64,000 nt of DNA from a virus, in the IMG/VR virus record IMGVR_UViG_3300020182_001907. The stretch is one strand, 5' to 3'. Below, piece by piece: positions 1 to 9,000 of this stretch; within the stretch, counting starts at the first letter, position 1, and each line of letters opens with the position of its first letter. A program made the position numbers and the translations under genes. The notes beneath the pieces are model-generated. The model did no database searches. It was not told the origin of the DNA and saw nothing but the letters and a program-made list of their open reading frames with translations.

Positions 1-1
1 T

Positions 2-3000
2 AGGTATAAATTACCAGGTAGCAATACTAGTGCGAACACAGACATTGACACTATTGCATCAGCAGGAATAATAGTAACAATTTCAGCAGGAAACAACTAT
101 TATAAAAATACTCTACCAGGCGATGTAGAGTACGATAATTCAGTTTCGTGGGGTGCCATAACAAGATTTTATCATCGACAGGGATCTCCTTACAGCCCTG
201 ATGTTTTTTTTGTAGGAAGCATAGACACAGATCAAATATTAGACGGCACTTATAAAGACCGTGTAGCTTCGAGCAGCACCAGAGGTCCAGCAGTAAACAT
301 ATTTTCTCCAGGCGATAGCATAGCAAGTGCTACTTCTACAGTTAATTCGTATGCAAGTTTAGATGTTTATAATTATATTCCAGACACTAATTTTAGAATG
401 GTAGAACTTGGCGGTACTAGTATGGCCGCACCACAGGTGGCAGGCATAGCAGCATTACATTTGCAAGCTAATCCTAATTTAACACCAGCACAAATACAAG
501 ACCGGATTATAAACGATAACAGTTATAATGTAATGTACAGTACAGGATCAGACACTGACTATACAGCGTTCACTAGTTCACTCCTGGGCGCTGCTGGTAA
601 TGTTGTATATTCTAAATATTCTATAGACGTTAACGAATCACTAAGTGATATTACTTTGAGCAATCCTTCATTAGTGACTACAAATTTAAACCAGCCAGCA
701 ACTATTAATTTACGGGATTTAACAAGCAACGTAGCTGTAACAAATTTTCGTGAATTTACGGTTACTACTACGCCAACCAACGGCACGGTTACTTTAATTG
801 ATCCATCCCAAGGCACAGTGGAATATACTCCAAATAATAGTTATACTGGGCCAGACAATTTTTCTTTTACCTTAAAAAATAATTTAGGTAATGTTAGCAC
901 TAATCAATCTGATGTTTCTGTGCAAGTTGGTAGCGGACAACTCGTAACAGTAGCCGATGATTCTTTTACTACATTTGGATTAGAAACCACAGTACTTGAT
1001 GTTTTAGCAAACGATGGTATAAATGCTAATGTATCCACAGTGGTAGTTGATACTAGTCCTTCTAATGGCACAGCATCTCCAAACATAGATGGTACAATTG
1101 ATTATACATCGAGCATAAGATACGGACTAGATTCTTTTACGTACACAGTAGATAGTACCACTGACGTAACTAGCGATATTTCAAATGTTACAGTATACAT
1201 AAATCAGAGAGTAGCTGTTTCAGATTTCTCGTTTGAGGCAAGTAGCCCTGGTACATCAACAATACCTGTACTAAAAAATTCTACAAGTTACGATCCTCAT
1301 TTTGCAAATGTTAGAGCTATTTACAATTTTATATCTCCCAGTTTAGGCACAGCAGCCAGTGCTACCGGCAGCACTTATCTCGGTAATATTACTCCAGTTG
1401 GCTCGTCGATAGAATTTGTAACCACTGGTGGCGAACATGATCTTGGCAGCTTATATTTTGGAGATAAGGATTTTCATACAGGAGCATCAATCGATTCTAC
1501 AAATTTAGCTGCTAGTAATTTCTTTACAAGTCCTGAGTGGACTGTGGAATGGAGCTTTAAAATATCTAGTAGCAGTGTTACTGGTACGCAATCGATGATG
1601 TGTGCTAAAAGCGTTAACAACGGTCCGTTACGTGTATTTTTTAACGGCACAGGTTTAACATGTTTAGTTAATTCCTCTAGTTCTATTATTAGAAATTTTC
1701 AAGGATTAACTGGCTGGGTCTATGACGATTGGAACAAAATTGCAATACAACGAAATAATGATTCGTTAGCTGTGTTTATAAACGGAGTACTAGTAAGAGA
1801 AAGTTCTACTGGTACAAGTCTTAACAATATATCTGAAACAGACAGTATTATATATCTCGGTAGAGATGCATTTAGTACCACCACATATAAACTTAACGAT
1901 TGTTACATGGATAACATTCGATTTACTGCATCTGCAAGATACGATATAGCAGATAGTTATTATCCTGCGACACAGACATTTGCCACTAGTAATTCTGATT
2001 TAGCAAACGTCAGCACATTAACAATTGCAGAACAACCTACTTACGGTACCGCAGTACTTGATTTAGGAAATGCTGCAATATTATACACAGCTGACGAAGG
2101 ATATGTAGGAGCAGACTCTTTCAAATATAATGTAACTAGCCTTAATCCAACACTGAGCGGCAATGCAATTGTTACGCTTGAAGTATCAGGTATAGGAACG
2201 TATGATACAATGCTGGTTTCTCCTGCATCAGTAGACGAAGACGGTAGCACAGTAACATTTACTATTAATACTGCATTTGTATTAGATGGTACCACTGTTG
2301 GATATACTGTAGGCGGTACTGGCATAACAGTTGATGATATCAGTTTGGGTAGTTTAACTGGAACAATTAATGTAAATTCTAATCAAGGCACACTAGCATT
2401 ACAGGTGTTAACTGATAACTTAACTGAGGGTGCTGAAACACTTACTTTGACACTAGATGCAACTGACAGTGCGGGATGGGCAACAAACAGTTTAAGCAAT
2501 GTATTACTAATTAATGATACCAGCCTAAGTAAAATATATGATTCATTAGATGTTTCGCCTGTATCGGTAGACGAAGACGGCAGTAATGTAACATTTACAG
2601 TTAATACCACTAATGTAACAGATGCTACAACAATTGGTTACACCATAAGCGGTACTGGTATAACAACTAACGATATTAGTTTAGGCAGTTTAACAGGTTC
2701 TATAACTATTACAGCAAACGAAGGTACACTAGAATTCCAGGTGTTAGCCGACACGTTTACGGAAGGTCCAGAAACCTTAATTTTAACACTAGATGCTAAT
2801 GATAGTTTTGGTACTAGTACAGGATCACTGAGTAATACTGTAACCATCAATGATACTAGTGTAACAGCAGGAGTTTATAACACCTCAACTTTTAATATTA
2901 ACAGTGTTAACGAAGACTCAGACGGGGACAACACTGATGTAATATTTACTGTGAACACTACAGCAGTACTTGATGGGACCACTGTTGGTTATACTATTAG

Positions 3001-6000
3001 TGGTGCTGGAATCACAGTTGATGATATCAGTTTGGGCAGTTTAACTGGTAATATTACTATCAACAGTAATACAGGTAATGTGTCTTTCAATGTAATTGCT
3101 GATAATTTAACAGAAGGAAACGAAACTTTAATCTTAACCCTGGATGCAACAGATAGTGCAGGATGGTCAACAGGCGGGTTAAGTGACACTGTGTTACTTG
3201 TTGATACCTCAGTTAATGATCCTATATATGATAATGTATACTTTAATTTAACTAACGTTGACGAAGATTCGTCAACACAAGTAGTTTTCACAGTAGATAC
3301 TAGTTACGTAATAGACGGAACTACAATTGGTTATACTGTAGGCGGGACAGGAATTACTGTTAATGATATAAGTTTAATATCTCTAACCGGAGATTTTACA
3401 ATAATCAATAATACTGATAGTATTGATTTTACTGTAAATACAGATAGTTTAACAGAAGGAAACGAAACTTTAACGATTACGTTGGACGCACAAGACTCTG
3501 TTGGAACTAACACAGGTAGTTTAGCAAATAGTATTATTTTAAACGACACCAGCCAATCACCGCTGCCCGGCACACCTACTTATAACACAGTAGGTTTTAA
3601 TTTTCCTACTGTTAACGAAGATGGCACAACTATTGTTATTTTTACAATTAATACCACTGACGTTGTGTCAGGAACAACAGTACCTTACACAATCAGCGGC
3701 GGCGGCATTACAACTGATGATTTAAATCTTAACTCTTTAACAGGCGATATAGTTATAGTTCAAGGTAACATAGGGCAACTTGCGTTTACAGTAAACCAAG
3801 ACTTCTTCACAGAAGGACCAGAAATATTAACTGTAACACTTGGTGCTACAGACAGTAACGGCGACCCAACTGGATCATTATCGGGGCAGGTAACATTAAT
3901 TGACACTAGCAAAACCCCTGCCTACTTGTCTGCTGCGTTTGATGTAGATAGCATAACAGAAAATGGAACAGATTTTGCAGTGTTTAGAGTTGATACTGAA
4001 AACGTAGCTGTCAATACTGAAATTGGATATGTAATAACAGGTGTTGGCAGCGGAGATATATCAGTCCCGCTAACAGGCAATATATTTATTAACAATACAG
4101 ACTACGGCATACTTGCATTTACTGCCACAGAAGACTTTACAACAGATGGCAATATGACTGCTACTGTTACACTAGTAGCTCAGGATAGTTTTGGTACATT
4201 TACTGGAGGACTAAGTGACAGTGTTATAATTATTGACACTAGTAAAACACCAAATACTCCGCCTACTGCTACCAGTGTAAATACATCTACTGGAGAATCG
4301 ACAACAATCATCATAGATTTATCAGGTAATATTTCCGATAGCGGCCCATTTTCGGGACTAACTGCATTAAATATTGTTACACCTCCGGATTTTGGTACTG
4401 CAAATGTAACTTTTAGTTTACCTGATGCTTACATTACATATACCCCTAATCCTGGTTTCTATGGCACAGACATAATTGCATATAACGTAACTGACAACGA
4501 GGATACAGACAGTAATACTGCATTTGTTACTATTAGAGTTTTTCAAGCACCAATTGCTGCTAATAATACAGTAACAATGAATCAAGCGGAAGTAGAAACT
4601 TTTGATATTTTATCAAATGATTCCCCCGGCGAAGGCGCCTTAGTTCCAACATTAACTGTTATTGAAACAGTGCCTAGCAACGGTACTGTGATTAATAATT
4701 TAGACGGCACAATTACTTATACTCCGTTTTCACAGTTCTTTGGTCTTGATACTCTAACATATAATGTTACAAATAGCAATAACGCTACCAGTCTGACACC
4801 TGGCACAGTATTTATTACTGTAAATCAAGCAGATCCACCGGTAGCAGAGGACGACGAATTCATTGGGCTTGTTAATACTGCATTTAATATAAACGTAGTA
4901 TCTAATGACCTTACAGGAAATGATCCAATAGATTTAAACACATTGATTATAACAGTTCCTCCAGTAAACGGCGCAGCAATTTATTTAAATGATGGTACGA
5001 TTACGTATACACCAAATACAGGATTTATTGGCGTAGATACCTTATCATACACAATAAGTGATACTGTTGGTAGAACTTCTAATCCTGCTAATGTGACCAT
5101 TACAATATCAGGTCCTGATGCATTGTTATTACACACTGTGAATAACGAAAATGCATATGGTTCTTCAGTTGGTGATAATTTTGGTGAAGTGGTAGCAATG
5201 TCCGATCGATATAGTATAGTAGGCGCACCAAACGAAGACGATGATAATGGTACTAGTTCAGGTAAAGCATATATATTTAATAATACAACTGGCGAATTAC
5301 TGCACACATTAGTAAATCCTAATCCTGACAATTTAAGTATAAATGATTATTTTGGATCCGCTGTAGGAATAACAGACAACTATGCTATTGTAGGTTCTTA
5401 CGGCGAAGATGCTACCACTGGTGTAAGCCCTGGAAGGGCATATATTTATAATGCTTTTACTGGCTTACTACTGCATACAATATCTGATCCTAGCCCACCT
5501 TACGAGTTTAATAACTTTGGTCAAACAGTCGCAATAACAGATAATTATTTCATAGTGGGCGACCCTACTTTTACCCAAGGTGGCGCAAGCAGTGGCATAG
5601 TGTATGTTTATGACCTCGCAACTGCTACACTGCTGCATACAATAATTAATCCTAATCTCTATTATTCAGGCTCGGGAGACCGTTTTGGTAGTGCAATAGC
5701 AATGACAGATACTTATTTTGTTGTGGGTGCTCCTGGCGAAGACGCGACTGTCGCACCGCTAGGCGATACTGGTATAGCGTATATATACAATACAGTCACT
5801 GGCGCACAATTGTACACGTTAGAAAACCCTGCTAACCCTGGCACACAAGACCTCTTTGGTTCTTCAGTAGCAATAACAAATGATTATGCAGTAATTGGCG
5901 CACCAAGAGCCACTGGAGATTCTCTAACCTATTCTGGAATTCAGTGGGGCGCTGCTTATATTTTTAACACTAGCACCGGTGCACTATTGCACACTCTAGA

Positions 6001-9000
6001 TAATCCCGAAGAAAGCGCCCTTCCAATGTTTATGGGCTCTTCAGTAGCAATAGACAATGTCCGAACTTTAGTTTCCGTTCCAGACGGCAACAATCAAACA
6101 GGCATAGTGCATGTTTATGATACAGCAACTGGCAGTTATCTTTATGCTATAGTTGATCCTAATGCCGATATAAACAGTAGATTTGGCAACTACGTTGGAT
6201 TATCAGATAACTATAGCATAGTCACTTCGCCTGGATCAGTATTAGGCGGTATTGAAGGAGCAGTATATATATTTCTCACTACTGTAGGAATAAACACAGC
6301 GCCAATATCAGTAAATGATTCAATAACCACATTCGAAAATGATACTGTCATTATAGATGTGTTGGCAAACGATATAGATTTAGAAAATAACATTAGACCT
6401 AGCACAGTAAGAATGACTAGTACTCCGCTTAATGGTACTGCAATTGTCCAACAGAATGGTACTATTCAATATACTCCAGCATTTGGTTATACGGGACTAG
6501 ATTCGTTTACATATAAAGTATCAGATGTTTATAACCTTCCTGCTTCAAACGCTACAGTCTCAGTAGATATTCTGCAGCTACCACTAGCTGTCAACGATTC
6601 AGTAACTATAGAAAAAAACACTATTGCAGAAATCAACTTACCCAGTAACGATATAGGAGCCAGTATAGATCCGTCTAGCGTAACAATTATTTCTTTACCT
6701 TTGAATGGTATAGTACAGTTAGACCAACCTACAGGCAATGTGGTTTATGTACCTAACACAAACTGGGTGGGCACTGATACTTTTCAATACACAATAAAAA
6801 ATACCTTTGGGAATATTAGTACTAATATTGGAACAGTAACAATTATTGTTGAACAACCACCCGGCGACGGAAACATAATATCAATTCAAGGTAATCAGTT
6901 TGATCAATTTGGTACTGTAGTTGACAAGCCGGTTGATGTAGAAGAATTTTCGGATAAACTAGCTCCAGTAATTGACACCGATATACAGTCATTTCCTGTT
7001 AGTTTCTTTTACGATAATCCAACATTGTTATACAGCGCAACGTCAAAGCCTACATATAAATGGGCAGGTTATAATCCCAGTGTTTATCCAAGGAAAAAGG
7101 TAACAGACAGGATACCGTTTAAGTGGAGTGATATGGTTGGATACCAGAATTATTATCTACCATTCCCTGATCCAGTAATAAAAATTACTAATCTTGGTGA
7201 TGTTTCAGGTTACACTAATGATACTGAAAGCCTTATCGCATCTTCTGCAACTATTAGTGTGGATTGGCAACAATCTTCATGGCCTATTCCACCAAGACCT
7301 AGTCCATCTCAATATCAGTATACACGGTCTGTAACATTCACCTGGTACCGAGACGGAGTATTCTTATCAAGAGAAACAAAAGTTAATGATTCAGTGTTTA
7401 CTGTCAGTTCTCCGCCTTTATTACCTCTTGGTGATGCAAAAAACTATAACATAAGACTAGACGTTATAGCAATACTGTATGGTCCAGATGACAGAGTAGT
7501 TCCTTTTAAGAACGATGCATCTTTTGCACATGCTAGTAGCAGTAAAATATCCAATGCTGCATTTAAAGTATCTACATATCAACCATCAGCATCAGCGTTA
7601 ACAACTAGTGTGCTGCCAATAAAACCTAATTCTACTGGTACTCAGTATGTAACAGTGTATAGAAGATTTGTTGATGATACGCTTATAAGTACAATTGGAA
7701 ACTCAGTTACTTTTGGCTCATTTAAAAGAGGATATATTTATCCCAACTTTGATTCTGCTCCAGGAAGAACTCCTGACAATTACGTAGATTACGAATGGCA
7801 GAGACGTATCGATCCTGGCAAAGAATGGTTTGCTGAAAATCTTACTGACAACACGCAGTTCTATTGGGACGCTGGCAGTAACGACGGCTTGGGTGGCAGC
7901 CAAGATTTAAACGGACATCAAATTAGATTTAGAGCAAGGGCAAGACAAGAGTTAAATGATCCAGATCAGACGATCACTGGAGATTGGGCAACCACTAGTC
8001 CTATAACTGTGCAATATTTTACAGAATACTATGTACCAATATTCAGTTTAGGTGGTGTTACTAGCGCAATAAAAGGCGGGGAAATATTAGCAGTGTTTAC
8101 CCCATACAATATGGGTGCTGGAGCCACTACTTACTACTGGCGTATAGTTCCTCTTGGAGCATTTGCAAACGAGTTTGTCACAGACAGTGGAAGTTTTAGT
8201 TTAGATGAAAATTTATATTATGATGGAAGTAGACCTATCGATCATAGACAAACTATAACAAGTCTGGTTAACGTTGGTGATACTGTGGATCGAACTTATT
8301 CTATAGAATTTTTTACAAATTCTGGTTACACAGGCGATCCTATTTTTGCAGACACGTTAACCACAGTATCTTCTGTACCAGCATACAATATTCAGGCACG
8401 ATGGTTAGGGTCCAACGGCAAAAATTATACTGGTAATATTGATAAATGGGAAGTATATGTTAGAGAAGAATCTGTTGTAGATTTGTTTGACATACAAATT
8501 AAAAACTTGCCGTACAAAGTTGGTGACATTGTTTACTTGCAAAATGATCGCATAGTAGGAGATGGAACTAGTGCTAATGATATTTACTTTAGAAAAAATA
8601 GTAATCAAGCATGGGCAAAATATAACAGCGGAACTAGAGTAGCAGTAGAATGTTATAATGTAACAGTAACTGACACAGATTATATTGCCCACTTTGCTAT
8701 ACAATTTAAAGGCGAAGACGATTCACCATTGGGCGGTAGCGCTGCTAATTATGAACTGTTTAATTTTACATTCTATAATGCTGCGGTTGCTGGAACAGCA
8801 CTAGTAGACTTTACGGCTAGAATTTACGACAATGTAGAATTCTTCTTTGCTATTACTAGCGAATTAGAAGCATCTGAGGTAACTTATTATACTATTAATA
8901 ATGTATTATCTCAAACTGGCGACGGTTACGTTAAATGGAAATCGTATGACATTGCTTCTAATACAGGTAATAACGATCATTATTTTTTAAATCCAGGTAC

